DNA of 64,000 nt, from assembly GCA_963675295.2 (NCBI GenBank), contig CAXXKJ010000002.1, positions 1,472,001-1,536,000 on the forward strand, given 5' to 3'. The first letter of the stretch is position 1, and each line of letters starts with the position of its first letter. The DNA is from a bacterium. Lineage in GTDB: Bacteria; Electryoneota; Electryoneia; Electryoneales; Electryoneaceae. The notes beneath the pieces were generated by a model, which worked only from the letters and a program-made list of their open reading frames with translations, was not told where the DNA came from and did no database searches. The translations under genes were made by a program, and so were the position numbers. Shown here one piece after another: positions 1 to 11,400 of this stretch.

Positions 1-1
1 G

Positions 2-1378
2 CTATACCAGACATCTCTAGTGATAGCACAGGAGTGGACCGAACACATCATAGATAACAGCTTCGATGGTGCATTTGACGTGTGTGCCACCGACATCGAT
101 GGTGATGGCGACATAGATGTGGTTGGTGCTGCCAACACAGGTAACGCCGTTGCTTGGTGGGAGAACACTGATGGTATGGGTACAACATGGACCGAACACA
201 CCCTTTACAGTCATTTTGATGGTGCTAAATCCGTATATGCAATAGATTTGGACGGCGACGGCGACATTGATGTCCTAGGAGCGGTGCAATCTGCTGACAA
301 AATAATATGGGGGGAAAACCTCGATGGGATGGGTACTCTCTGGGCAGCTCACACCGTCGACGACGACTTCAACGGAGCTAATTTCGTGCACGCAACGGAC
401 ATGGACGGTGATGGCGATATTGACGTGTTAGGTGCAAGTCTTTTTGATACCATCATGTGGTGGGAGAATACCGATGGTGCTGGTGCGACATGGACTGAGC
501 ACACCATAGACGGGGACTATGATATGGATTCCGTTTGCGCAGCGGACCTGGATGGCGACGGTGACATTGATGTGCTTGGGAGTGGACATTTTATGGATTA
601 CACCTCGTGGTGGGAAAATCTGAATGGTTCAGGTACCCAATGGTTTGAGCACACCTCGACTATCATCTCTGGATTGATATCCGCATATGCAACGGATGTC
701 AATGGAGACGGTGACATTGATTTAGTTGGGTCGGCAATACTGGAAGGCAGCATCAATTGGTGGGAAAACCGCTTCGGCCATGGAACAAACTGGATCGAAC
801 ACATTGTAGACAACATTCAAGCATACAAGGTGTCCGCAGCAGACTTGGACGGCGACAATGACATAGACGTGCTGAGTACTTGGGATGCATATCCATGCTA
901 TGTCTCGTGGTGGGAAAACGCTGACGGAGGGGGTATGGACTGGTTTGAGCACTTTGTCGGTGAAAACTTAGGGCACACACGTTCACTGCAGGCCACCGAC
1001 TTGGACGGTGATGGTAGTACCGACGTGCTCTGTGCGTCGCTTCTCCAAATCGTTTGGTGGGAAAATCCTCTAATTACCAGCGTCAGAGATCAAACACAAA
1101 GCAATCGCCCAACAGAATTCAAGCTCATTCTGGCATACCCAAACCCGTTCAACCCCACAACCAACTTTGCGGTTGAATTGCCGAAACCGTCCGATTTGAC
1201 TGTTACCGTCTACAACGTGACCGGTCAACAAGTGGCAGAACTGGCGAATGGCAGCTACACCGCCGGAACGCACCGCTTCACCTTTGACGCCACCAACCTA
1301 TCTAGCGGAATTTACTTCCTGCGAGCAACAGTACCTGGACAGCTGGATCAGACACAAAAGCTGGTGCTGATGAAGTAG
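2..1378 (+). CDS. FG-GAP/VCBS repeat beta-propeller protein with C-terminal T9SS sorting domain (5' truncated)
   Basis: Seven DxDGDGDxDV repeats followed by WWEN motifs; C-terminal AYPNPFNP...SSGIYF...KLVLMK. Frame is open to the window edge, so the signal peptide likely lies upstream. Confidence 0.9.
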   Translation, partial: LYQTSLVIAQEWTEHIIDNSFDGAFDVCATDIDGDGDIDVVGAANTGNAVAWWENTDGMGTTWTEHTLYSHFDGAKSVYAIDLDGDGDIDVLGAVQSADKIIWGENLDGMGTLWAAHTVDDDFNGANFVHATDMDGDGDIDVLGASLFDTIMWWENTDGAGATWTEHTIDGDYDMDSVCAADLDGDGDIDVLGSGHFMDYTSWWENLNGSGTQWFEHTSTIISGLISAYATDVNGDGDIDLVGSAILEGSINWWENRFGHGTNWIEHIVDNIQAYKVSAADLDGDNDIDVLSTWDAYPCYVSWWENADGGGMDWFEHFVGENLGHTRSLQATDLDGDGSTDVLCASLLQIVWWENPLITSVRDQTQSNRPTEFKLILAYPNPFNPTTNFAVELPKPSDLTVTVYNVTGQQVAELANGSYTAGTHRFTFDATNLSSGIYFLRATVPGQLDQTQKLVLMK

Positions 1379-1500
1379 ATGTCGTACAGGGTGGTTTCAC
1401 TAATACCAGCTAAAACTGTTACATGTGCTTACGCAAGTAGCCTCGCTGGTTATCGCTAGTTTTCGCTGGCGTGACAGTAAACAATAAATCAGGAGATCTA

Positions 1501-1779
1501 ATGAATCTACATCAATCACGAAGTACTGCCAGTACGCCCCCAGATTGGGGCGACGAAAAACAACAACAAAAAGAACGAGCCAGACTAGCTCGAGCTCTTG
1601 GGTTACAGCATTCGAAAATCAAGCAAGAGCAAGAACAACCACGAATCGAAACAAACAATCCCGATGATCCACCAACATCTGGATTACCATTATCGCCTGA
1701 TTCGGCGGTGCATCAGGCAAGGCAGATCGATAGCATGTTCGAAGAGTGGTGGCAGAATCGACGGAAAGTAGGCAGCTAG
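1501..1779 (+). CDS. Small hypothetical protein ending in QIDSMFEEWW
   Basis: AGGAG RBS before ATG 1501; a degenerate paralogous segment lies at 25045-25224. Confidence 0.55.
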   Translation: MNLHQSRSTASTPPDWGDEKQQQKERARLARALGLQHSKIKQEQEQPRIETNNPDDPPTSGLPLSPDSAVHQARQIDSMFEEWWQNRRKVGS

Positions 1780-1843
1780 AAAACAAGTCGAAGATCCAAT
1801 AATAAGGCCAGTAGTAGCTCAGCTCCAGATCAAGAAAGCGGCT

Positions 1844-1872
1844 TTGAAATTAATCTGTGGAACCTTTATATT
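1844..1872 (+). promoter_or_regulatory. sigma70-like promoter of ATPase operon copy 1
   Basis: TTGAAA-N17-TATATT; same offset to the ATG as the equivalent motif before copy 2. Confidence 0.65.
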
Positions 1873-1957
1873 CATCACTCTTGAACCATCCATGGCCCTG
1901 GTTCACCGATAAATCCGCGAATCTACTGTAACCTTGGTTGAGTCTTTCGAGGCAGAT

Positions 1958-3409
1958 ATGATTACCCAGATTAGACTTGAGAATTTCAAGTGTTTTCGTG
2001 ACCTGGTTACGGTAGACTTGAAGCCGATAACAGTATTCGTAGGTCCTAACTCTGGCGGCAAAAGTACACTTACTCAGCCCCTCTTGCTTCTTAAACAGAC
2101 CGTTTTGGCAAACGAGGCTAGCCAAAAGCTATTCACATACGGTCCTATAATAGATATGGGTGATGCAAAATCGATTTTTAACATTAGCAGACCAAATGAC
2201 CCTCTAGGAATTGGTATAAGCCTTACTGAGACAAGTATCCATCCAGAAGGTGATTACTTACCAGTTAATGGATCAACAACTATAAATGATCGCAAATATA
2301 ATTTCAATCCAGTTACGGATATAAATATTTCAATATATCCAAATGATGTTTTAAATATCAGAAATTTAGAAATTAATAAATATACCTTTATTAACAATAA
2401 CATCAACAATCTTCACTATGTTATTAGCACCGAACAAGATCATTTAGCGTATAGAAATAATAATGATATTCTACTAAATAACATAATAATTAATGGTAGT
2501 TTTGGAAATTATGATGTTGGTTTATTGAATCCCATGTCAGAGCATGTTGATGACGAAGGAAATCTTACATTAAAAATGGAAGAATTAGATAACGCTGATG
2601 AACTTAGAAAGATCAAAAGAATGATTAGTGGTTGGATTGGTAATATTAATTATTTTACAAAAAATATATATTTCATTCCAGCTATAAGACATATACCAAA
2701 ATTTTACAATGAATATCAAGGCATAGACCTTAATGATAATAGTAACTCATATTTGAACAGGATTGTCAAAGGTTATACTAAGGAACGCCCAACTGAAAGA
2801 AAGGCATATGTTGATAATATTATTGAGGATAGGTGGTTCAATGAGCTGTGCATAGGCAAAAAACTGATATCGCGTGCTTATAAACATGGCATGGAACTTT
2901 TAGTGGAAAGCAATGATGGTAGTTTAATAAATGTAGCTGCAATGGGTATAGGTATATCGCAATTAATGCCAATAATATTGCTATCAAAAATTGGTGAGAT
3001 CGATTCAATTATAATTCAAGAACCAGAATCACATTTGCACCCAAGTATTCAGAGGAAATTGTCAGAGATGCTATCCTTAAATGTTGGTAATAGATATGAC
3101 GAAATTGATCATATTTGTACTAGAAATGAAAAAGGTAAATTAAGTAAGATAATACAGATGTCGCTTGGGTCTCAATATATAATAGAAACACATAGTGAAC
3201 ACATTGTAAGAGGATTCCAGATAGCAGTGGCGAAGGGATTAATAAGAAATACAGATGTGGGAATTTACTATGTTGATGCATCCCAAACTGAACCCATAAT
3301 ACCGATGAACCTAGATGAAAAAGGAATTCTAGTAAATGATTGGCCAAACGATTTTTACGGTTTTTCATTTGCAATGGCAATGGAATTAAAACGATATACT
3401 GAGAATTGA
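1958..3409 (+). CDS. ABC/AAA_21-type ATPase with C-terminal DUF3696, copy 1
   Basis: Walker A GPNSGGKS, signature MGIGISQ, Walker B IIIQEPESHLHP, H-loop IETHSE, DUF3696-like GIYYVD...LDEKG...WP..F; GAGG RBS before ATG 1958. Confidence 0.9.
   Translation: MITQIRLENFKCFRDLVTVDLKPITVFVGPNSGGKSTLTQPLLLLKQTVLANEASQKLFTYGPIIDMGDAKSIFNISRPNDPLGIGISLTETSIHPEGDYLPVNGSTTINDRKYNFNPVTDINISIYPNDVLNIRNLEINKYTFINNNINNLHYVISTEQDHLAYRNNNDILLNNIIINGSFGNYDVGLLNPMSEHVDDEGNLTLKMEELDNADELRKIKRMISGWIGNINYFTKNIYFIPAIRHIPKFYNEYQGIDLNDNSNSYLNRIVKGYTKERPTERKAYVDNIIEDRWFNELCIGKKLISRAYKHGMELLVESNDGSLINVAAMGIGISQLMPIILLSKIGEIDSIIIQEPESHLHPSIQRKLSEMLSLNVGNRYDEIDHICTRNEKGKLSKIIQMSLGSQYIIETHSEHIVRGFQIAVAKGLIRNTDVGIYYVDASQTEPIIPMNLDEKGILVNDWPNDFYGFSFAMAMELKRYTEN
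1988..2073 (+). repeat. 86-bp block identical to 25442-25527
   Basis: Base-by-base comparison: AAGTGTTTTCGTGACC...AAAAGTACACTTAC is identical in both ATPase genes. Confidence 0.95.
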
Positions 3410-3418
3410 GGCGCTGGC

Positions 3419-4231
3419 ATGGATCATCACATTACAATATCACCAAAAGCATTTTTGCACGATTTTGATTTCAAGCAATTTCACGCAGCAATGCTTAGGA
3501 GAGATCATAAACTTGCCCTAGATGATAATGATGAGATGATCAAATATTATGATAATGTACTAAATAAAGAAATAAGAATGGCAATAATAGCGAAAATGGT
3601 ATCTATAGGTCGGCTAATACAAGAATATAATTTTAATAAAAGCATTAATAGCGAAGAAGATCTGATTATATTTTGTAAGTCTACTCAAGATAAGTTTTGT
3701 GTTTCTTCAGTAAGTGAAAGAAGCGTATATAATTTATTAATATCCGATATCATAGATGAAAACGGCTTGTTATATGAAACAAAATGTAGAACACGTCATT
3801 ACAAAAAGAATGATAGTGCTGATAACTTACTGAAAACAATGCAACACTTAATAGAAAGAAAAAAACATGGCATAGTGCAATATAAAGACAGATATATGGA
3901 AAAATGTATTCCATTTATTGAAATGATACGAGAATCAGCGAAGAAATCAAGCAGCATATTAGAACTGTATCCTGGAAAATCATATTATGAACTACAAAAG
4001 CGTTATAGCGATGATAAAGTAATTAAATTATTGAATAAGGATTCACATGATAGAATGCTGTTGGGCAGCGATTTTGAATTCTTACTTGGTAATGGTATGG
4101 ATACAGTGAGATTTAATGTCCGGAACGGTAAATTAGAAAAAGGCTGCATCTTTCGAGCTGAAAACTCAATATCGCTAAACAGAAAATCAAAGGAGCGCCC
4201 TGCAAAGGTAACTGAAGCTTGGACCTTGTAG
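3419..4231 (+). CDS. ATPase partner with putative PLD-like (MIT_C-type) C-terminal domain, copy 1
   Basis: 9 bp after the ATPase; motifs YKDRY and SHDRMLLGSDFEFLLGNGMD; N-terminal RRDHKLALDD matches RRHKLVVDE of copy 2. Confidence 0.6.
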   Translation: MDHHITISPKAFLHDFDFKQFHAAMLRRDHKLALDDNDEMIKYYDNVLNKEIRMAIIAKMVSIGRLIQEYNFNKSINSEEDLIIFCKSTQDKFCVSSVSERSVYNLLISDIIDENGLLYETKCRTRHYKKNDSADNLLKTMQHLIERKKHGIVQYKDRYMEKCIPFIEMIRESAKKSSSILELYPGKSYYELQKRYSDDKVIKLLNKDSHDRMLLGSDFEFLLGNGMDTVRFNVRNGKLEKGCIFRAENSISLNRKSKERPAKVTEAWTL

Positions 4232-4237
4232 CATGAG

Positions 4238-6184
4238 GTGGCTGACATGGCAAGAGTGTTCCCAAGTTGGCTTACGATCCATGATGCCTCCAAGTTTACC
4301 CCAGCACTGACCCCTGGCGAGGAATATCTGGTTGAACAGCTTGAGTCCCTCCTGGATGACAAATGGTCTGTTTATGTCCAGCCCCATTTGAATGGCGATC
4401 GACCTGATGTTGTTGCAATGAATCCAAACGTAGGTGTTACTTTTTTTGAAGTTAAGGACTGGAATTTGGATCTGTATAATGTTGATTCTTTTGACAATTG
4501 GCATGTTGTGACCAGACATGGAAGACAGACCTGGGTAGCATCTCCATTCAAGCAGGTCACCCGTTACCGTACGAATGCAATAAACCTACTTGTACCTCAA
4601 ATTGGACGTGCTGTTGATGAGGAACCCCAAAGACTACAAGCCTTAAAGACAGCCGTCTATTTCCACAATTCATCGGGCGAAATTGCCCGTAGCTTCAAGA
4701 CACCATCATCAAAGTATATATATGTGTTCGGATATGACGATTTTCCAAATGGTCTGCAAAAAATTATTCCAGACTTCGGGTACTCGAGCTCAAAATACAT
4801 GAAACCGAATTGGGCCAAGGAGCTAGCTCCTTGGCTACTTCCGCCCAGGCATGAAGCAACGCACGGGCGACTCCCATTGAGTCGTGAACAACGTCAACAC
4901 GCAACGCCATCGCAGGGCTTTCATCGGTTAAGAGGGGTTGCAGGATCTGGTAAAAGCTTGGTTGTAGCACATAGAGCGGCTGCCAATGCGCAAGCCGGTA
5001 AGCGAGTTTTGGTTTTGTGTTTCAATATCACGCTTGTGAATTACCTTTTGGATCTAGTAAAACGCGCACCTTACAACTTTGACCCATCATATATATCGAT
5101 TAGATATTTTCATGATGCATGTATCTGGATTAATGATAAGTTAGGAAGTTATCTTTCGGCTAAGAAGGGTGATGAAGAGGTATATTTTGAAAAAACAGTT
5201 CCGAATAAGACAATTAACGCCTTAGAAAGTTACATGACACTGAATGGTAGATTGCCATACGAGTTACGCTTCGACAGTGTACTGATAGATGAAGGCCAAG
5301 ATTTTACAAGGTCTTACTATGAGGTGGCAAGGATCTTGGCATCCGCATCCGGGAGAGAATTTGAATTGTTCATGACTGCTGACTACGCCCAGAACATTTA
5401 CAACCGTGAGTATAGCTGGTTGGAGGATATGAGGGGAACCGGTTTCCGTGGTGCCTGGGGAAAGCTTGCAAAAACATATAGAATGCGTCAAAGATTCGCA
5501 TCTGCTGCATGGCGTTTTGCTCAGGCTTGTGGGTTGGACACAGATTTACCAGAATTTGATGTAAACCAAGTTGGCCTGCTTGAAACCCTCGTATACTACC
5601 GTACGAAAGATATAGAGTCAGCCTGCAGAATCGCACTTGGGTGCTATGAATACCTTAGATCGGTTAGAGGTGTGCATCCACAGGATACAGCACTCTTGGT
5701 GCCCGACCATTCAACTGGTGTTAGTATGGCGACATGGTTAAATAATCAGGGAAATAGGGTTAATCATGTTTTTAGTACAGCTATAGACGAGAGACAAAGA
5801 CATAAAAAAGGTTTTTGGATGGGGCAAGGTGGAATAAAAATGTCCACAATACATAGTTTTAAAGGATGGGAGATTAATAGTTTGATATTAATAGCTAATA
5901 AAGAAACTTTAGCTAACATTAATACATCTATGATAATATATGTAGCTTTAACACGTGCGATCGAAAACATATATATTATATCTACTTATGATATAATCAA
6001 TATAGAAACCACAGAGCCTGATAATATCCCACTAGAAATATTAGAATATGCAGGAAAGACATCTTTTACGATCAACTGGAGAAATACTGTTCGTTCAAGT
6101 GACGAAGGATTGGATTACTATGACCGTATTGATCCTCCAGAAACTCATGGAGATGCTTGGTCATTCGGAATTGACGACGATTAG
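4238..6184 (+). CDS. NERD nuclease fused to UvrD-like SF1 helicase
   Basis: N-terminal RPDVV...FEVKDW; Walker A GVAGSGKS, IDEGQD, TIHSFKGWE, YVALTRA. Confidence 0.88.
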   Translation: MADMARVFPSWLTIHDASKFTPALTPGEEYLVEQLESLLDDKWSVYVQPHLNGDRPDVVAMNPNVGVTFFEVKDWNLDLYNVDSFDNWHVVTRHGRQTWVASPFKQVTRYRTNAINLLVPQIGRAVDEEPQRLQALKTAVYFHNSSGEIARSFKTPSSKYIYVFGYDDFPNGLQKIIPDFGYSSSKYMKPNWAKELAPWLLPPRHEATHGRLPLSREQRQHATPSQGFHRLRGVAGSGKSLVVAHRAAANAQAGKRVLVLCFNITLVNYLLDLVKRAPYNFDPSYISIRYFHDACIWINDKLGSYLSAKKGDEEVYFEKTVPNKTINALESYMTLNGRLPYELRFDSVLIDEGQDFTRSYYEVARILASASGREFELFMTADYAQNIYNREYSWLEDMRGTGFRGAWGKLAKTYRMRQRFASAAWRFAQACGLDTDLPEFDVNQVGLLETLVYYRTKDIESACRIALGCYEYLRSVRGVHPQDTALLVPDHSTGVSMATWLNNQGNRVNHVFSTAIDERQRHKKGFWMGQGGIKMSTIHSFKGWEINSLILIANKETLANINTSMIIYVALTRAIENIYIISTYDIINIETTEPDNIPLEILEYAGKTSFTINWRNTVRSSDEGLDYYDRIDPPETHGDAWSFGIDDD

Positions 6185-6356
6185 CAACACGCTGCATCTT
6201 AATCTCGGCCAGTCTACTTCTTAGTCATCCGCCCAAATCCCTGAAATAGCGTTCTGTCATTCGCCATGTTTACGGGCACAGAAAGATTCATGCTACGACG
6301 AATTCAGTGACAAGTAATTCCAACCAGGAGTATCGATTCCACAACACCCATCCCAT

Positions 6357-6947
6357 CTACTTCTTCTTCCGGCGGAGCTGTGCCGCTCGTTCGATAATAC
6401 GCTTACGATATTCAGCTTTCGACTGCACGTCTTTAATGGCGTCGATACCGATTGCCTTCGGTCCGAGTCCCAGCGCTTCTGACATCTGACTGCTGATGGC
6501 CGCAGAGCTTTGGTAAAGGAAGATGCAGATACCGCGAATTGCCAGTTGGCGTTGGGTGTGGGTTTTTTGGCGATCATCGTCGAACATGTCACCCAACGTT
6601 TCAAATGCTATCTTGTGCGCCAGATAGTTCCGGATTTCAATGGAATCTTCAAGACGCTGAAAGTACGTTGGTGGGTAAGCTGCGCCTAACTGGTCCAGTT
6701 TGTTGATCTGCTCCAACAGCTTGCGGACGTTCTGACCGTACGTGTCCTTCTTGCGTTGCGCATACAGCTGAAGCACCTGTTCTTCTGTGACCACATCCTG
6801 GTCATCCAGAAGGTCATTGATTTCAATACCGACCAACACATCGTTCACCATGTCTTCGATCAGCTGGAAGAAATAGCTGTTGTACCCGAAGTTGTAGAAG
6901 AAGATCTCTTCGTCAGGTGTCGGTTGACGGCTATCGTCATTGCTCAT
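6357..6947 (-). CDS. Putative HEPN-domain protein
   Basis: Helical 196-aa protein with Rx4H motif (IRNYLAH); last gene of the RM-like operon. Confidence 0.6.
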   Translation of the reverse strand: MSNDDSRQPTPDEEIFFYNFGYNSYFFQLIEDMVNDVLVGIEINDLLDDQDVVTEEQVLQLYAQRKKDTYGQNVRKLLEQINKLDQLGAAYPPTYFQRLEDSIEIRNYLAHKIAFETLGDMFDDDRQKTHTQRQLAIRGICIFLYQSSAAISSQMSEALGLGPKAIGIDAIKDVQSKAEYRKRIIERAAQLRRKKK

Positions 6948-6994
6948 CTAATGCCCATGTATTGAAACGGTGTGTTGTGGCCACTTAAGTCAGG

Positions 6995-8491
6995 TTACAT
7001 GTGGCGATCTTCAAGCTTCATGAAGAATCCAGCTGGTTTACGGTCAATAAATGTGCGACGCTTCTGGGTGGACTGAACCAGCTGGCCTACCGCAACAGCT
7101 GCTGCAACGCCCCCGCCATGAATGCTTGCTGATGGAAGCATTCCTGCTGATCCTGCCACCACCGCGCCGGCCATAGCTACGCCGCCCATTAGGGTGGGAA
7201 TTAGCTTCTGATCGATTTCTTTCCATTCTATCCGTGCTTGGGCTACCTCGTGCTTTAGCTCGTCAGCCAAGTGTGAAGTGTTAATATCGCTGTATTTGTC
7301 ATCCACAGAAGCACTGTTCCACATCTTTCTGAGGAAGCTTCTCATGCTGCTAAGTCGATCACGCTTCCGTAGTTCAAGCGCGTCTGATATTTCGATGTTG
7401 TTGAGATAGAAGAACTCTTGTTCCTGAAATGCCTTAGCAAATGGTGACCAGAATTTAATTTTATCGTGATCTAACTCATGATCTGTCTGTAGTTCTTTCC
7501 AGCGATAAGGGACGTCAGTTGCTATGTACGACCCCGTAATAGCACAGGTCTCCTTTGCTTCATCATAACCAGCACCTGTAGTTGCAAACCGCAGGTCACC
7601 AGAAGTTTCACGAGGATCAAAGTAGAAGGGATTCTGTTTCTTCATGTTCTCCCAATAATCCAGAAGTTGTTCCTTACTAACTCCTGGTGGCAAGTCGGTC
7701 ATTTCTTCAACCGCTTGCAGCACTTCCTTTTCCATCGTCGCCCACTCCATCGCTCGCATGTATGGGTCTTCCATCATGCGTTCCGTAGCAGCCGCTATCT
7801 CCCTTTCAGCTGCGGCCACCAGATCGGGATTGCTTCTACTTCGCTGATCAGAACGGCGGAAACATTCATGTCGTAATCCTGGTACAAAATCCCCGGGAGT
7901 TCGGATAATATCCAATAGACCCGCTTCAATCCACGGAAGGAAATGGCTATAAATCATGAAGGCGCGTAATGTACTTGCCAGATGCATCTCGGGATGTTCA
8001 AGTGGGCTGAATTTTTTATTGATCCATAACGGGTGCACGAAGGGATCGATGAGTAGAATTTTGTCGCTATAGCAACAATGGCGTACTACACCTCGGGACA
8101 GGAGCTTTGGGATATCATAGTAACCCACATATAGGCCCGTCGTCGTTCGCTGATACGGTTCAAGCAACTTTTGATGATCTGTATCAAGTGGCCACAGTTC
8201 CGCGATGAACTGGTGAATGTCATGTACCACTTGTGGCGTGAATAGCTTTTTGATTTCTCCTGGATTTTCAAGATCCCTGGGGTCAGATAACAACTGCCGC
8301 CCCAGTACTTCTTCCATTTTCCAAGCAAGTAAGAGATTTCGACCCCTGACTGTAACAAATGGAATCCGATCCTTAACTGGTTTCTGGTTCAAATCATTCC
8401 AGTCCACGTGCCCTTGGCAACATTGTTTATACTTCTTGCCGGACATGCAGGGGCATGGGTCGTTGCGATTGATTTTGTTTTTGCTAGCCAT
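6995..8491 (-). CDS. SEC-C zinc-motif protein with C-terminal hydrophobic Gly/Ala segment
   Basis: N-terminal RNDPCPCMSGKKYKQCC; C-terminal LMGGVAMAGAVVAG...VAAAVAVG. Confidence 0.75.
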   Translation of the reverse strand: MASKNKINRNDPCPCMSGKKYKQCCQGHVDWNDLNQKPVKDRIPFVTVRGRNLLLAWKMEEVLGRQLLSDPRDLENPGEIKKLFTPQVVHDIHQFIAELWPLDTDHQKLLEPYQRTTTGLYVGYYDIPKLLSRGVVRHCCYSDKILLIDPFVHPLWINKKFSPLEHPEMHLASTLRAFMIYSHFLPWIEAGLLDIIRTPGDFVPGLRHECFRRSDQRSRSNPDLVAAAEREIAAATERMMEDPYMRAMEWATMEKEVLQAVEEMTDLPPGVSKEQLLDYWENMKKQNPFYFDPRETSGDLRFATTGAGYDEAKETCAITGSYIATDVPYRWKELQTDHELDHDKIKFWSPFAKAFQEQEFFYLNNIEISDALELRKRDRLSSMRSFLRKMWNSASVDDKYSDINTSHLADELKHEVAQARIEWKEIDQKLIPTLMGGVAMAGAVVAGSAGMLPSASIHGGGVAAAVAVGQLVQSTQKRRTFIDRKPAGFFMKLEDRHM

Positions 8492-8499
8492 ACCATACC

Positions 8500-11400
8500 T
8501 CAGTCAATAACGAACGCATTTGGCCAGCCACCGTGTTCTTCGATGACTTCATCGATCTCGCCCACGATGAGGATGGTCTTCTGTATGGCAACAATGATCT
8601 TCTTGTAGTGCTCGATGTCTTCATCGGTTAATGTGCGCCCTGGCCGACCTTTCTTCGGCCCCCTGTCCTTTAGCCACTTCTTGCAAACAGGGTATCCCCC
8701 AATTTCATAATTCCACAGTTTGCTTGATATACCCGAAAACGAAATGTTCTTATCTTTATCTATCCATATCATGTTATCTTTAAATAATACTGAAGATATC
8801 CTCGGTGAAGCGCCGGAAGTGTTTTCATATGATACTGACGACAATGAATCAATTTTTTTTAACATATGTATATTTGTTAACTCTTTACCTTTGGTTTCTA
8901 GTTTTTCATACAATACTTTAGATTTGGTTATTGGGATATGCGGGTAATCAGATCGTAATTGCTTATCATATCGAGTACGGTATTTACTTGAATATAATAT
9001 GGCGTATATATAATATATGGATACATTTTCTTTGATGTTATTTATTGTATAATTATCTATTCTACCCATAACATCTTGTTTATAATATAATACTTGGGGT
9101 AAATAAGCTACTTTTCCTTTTGTACTGTAAAACGATCGATTGTTTGGAAGTACATTTGTTATTAATGCATGTGTAAAATATGAACCGATTGATACCTGCC
9201 TCATTATCATTAATGCTATATTATCATGCTCCACAAGATGTTTTCCAACTCTATAACTTGCAGTCATAACAAATTCCGGATTATAATACGCATATCTAAT
9301 ATCAAAAGGAGCATATAAAAACTTTATAATCGAACCATTTAGTTTATTATCGGTTACCATAGATTTTCTACGCGAAAATAAATCCTTTGCATAGACACCT
9401 GTAAGTCTATACTCTGATGTAACAATTTCATCTGATAAGGTAGAAAATTTTATTATATTATCTAATAACTCTTCTTTTGTAAATGCCGTAAGTAGTTGAT
9501 CATAACCGGAAGTAAACCCGGTAGCAAAATCATTGAATAATTCAGCACAAGAAATATAATTATTATATTCAGCATCAATAGAAACGTCTGATATATCAAA
9601 AATATAATTAGGTCTAATTGGTGATATCACTTTTAATGATAAGCTAGTGGCAGTTTCTTTTAGGAGTGTAGCATATTTATCATCACGAATGCCATAAATA
9701 TCTTTATAAAGCGTTAACATCTCGTTTGTAGTACTTTTTAATTTATATGAAATATTTATAGTAACTCCCTTTTTTATATCAAATACGTTATTATCTGGTT
9801 TTCCTTCCGGTGTACGTTCTTTTTTATCAGCATCACCGTGTAAATTAACTACCATCATACGATCACAATTCGATATAAGATTCCACCTAAATCCCCTAAG
9901 AGATAGCGCATCTAAGTAACTGTTATTTGTTATATAACCAATAATATTAGGAATATTCGCTGTAACTAATTGGGATAATCTAAAAAACTTGATATAATCG
10001 TCATTAAGATTACGTTCAAGCGACAAAGCACTCTTTTCGGAAATAGGAAGATTGTCTATGTATCGATACACATCTATCATCGATTTGACTGAATTAGACA
10101 TGTTAGCAGACATCTGCGCATAAGGTGGATTTGCAATAATTATCGTAAATAATTTATTAAACATAATATTCTGAACCATAGTTGCTTCTTTGGCAAGAGC
10201 GGGTAATATATTCTTTAGTGATACTTGTTTGTGGCCTGTAATAAATTCAAGCGAGTTTGAGAGATAAATGCGAGCTCTCTCTGAGGACTTGAAGTCATAT
10301 CCTGTTTCAATGAGTTTCAAACCAATCTTCATGTGTGCAATTGCATAAGGCGCCATCAGAAGTTCGAAGCCGTGAAGGCGAGGAAGTAGGGAATCCGCTA
10401 CATAGTCATTCCACAGGTCGTGGATTTCAGTCTTGCTATTTCCCGCTGACTTCCACTTTTTCTTCATCGTAGTATGTATAACGCCGATGACTTCAACCAG
10501 GAATGTGCCAGTTCCTGTTGCTGGATCAAGGATTTGGACAAACGGCTTTTCCGGATCAGCGCTATTTGGTATTTCGAAATCATCAATCCGCTGTCCCATC
10601 TCCCCCCAAGTTGTTGTATCCGCCAAACCGTCTTCCAAGCCAAATTCGGTTCGGAGTAGTTCATCTACGGACCTTACGATGAACGAAACTACCGGTCGTG
10701 GGGTATAGAAGACACCGCGTTGCATCCTCTTTTTCGCGTCGTATTCCTTAAGAAACAGCTCATAGAAGTGGATTACGGGGTCTTCGTAGGGATTGCGGTC
10801 ACCAAAGTCGCGCAAAACGGCTTCCATGTTTGCGTCCCGCAGAAGCTGTACGACTTCGTTTACACCCAATTCATCAAAATCGATGCCTGTACCCCGATTA
10901 TCACCATCTCGATCACGACCACCCATCTTCAGAAAGGTCTCGAGAAGTTCCTTCAGAAACGGATTGGTTACGGGGACCATGTCTGCGGCGTTATCGGCAA
11001 CCAAACCTTCCGGGCGCGATATCCTTGCCGTCAGTAACCCGTATGCGATGGTCTGTGCGTACATGTCTGCAAAGTCGTCTTCTTCCAGATCATGGATCAG
11101 CGCTTTTTTGAAGCTGTCCATCATGGTGCGGAGTGGACCTTTTTCGGATTCTGAATCCAGAGCTGAATTCACCTTCTTGCGAATGACCTTGGCCAGTTCA
11201 GCCAACCGAATCGCCAGGGCTTTTGATGTAGTAATGACCTCGCGGTGTCGAACCTGGAAGGCCTTCGACCATTCTTCACGCCAGGTATCCGTATCGGTGG
11301 GATCGTCCGGCCATCGAAGCCGGGTCTTCATCGTCTGAACCGAGTGTTCCAAGTGAAGGACTGTGTTTTCACCGTCCCACCCTAGAACATGAAGTGTGGG

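Noticed and set aside
1958-4231. PARIS, Septu, Gabija or complete Menshen assignment
   Set aside because: The partner shows no TOPRIM or HNH motif I can recognise, the ATPase has no TOPRIM domain, and there is no DUF262 gene adjacent; an HMM search is still needed.
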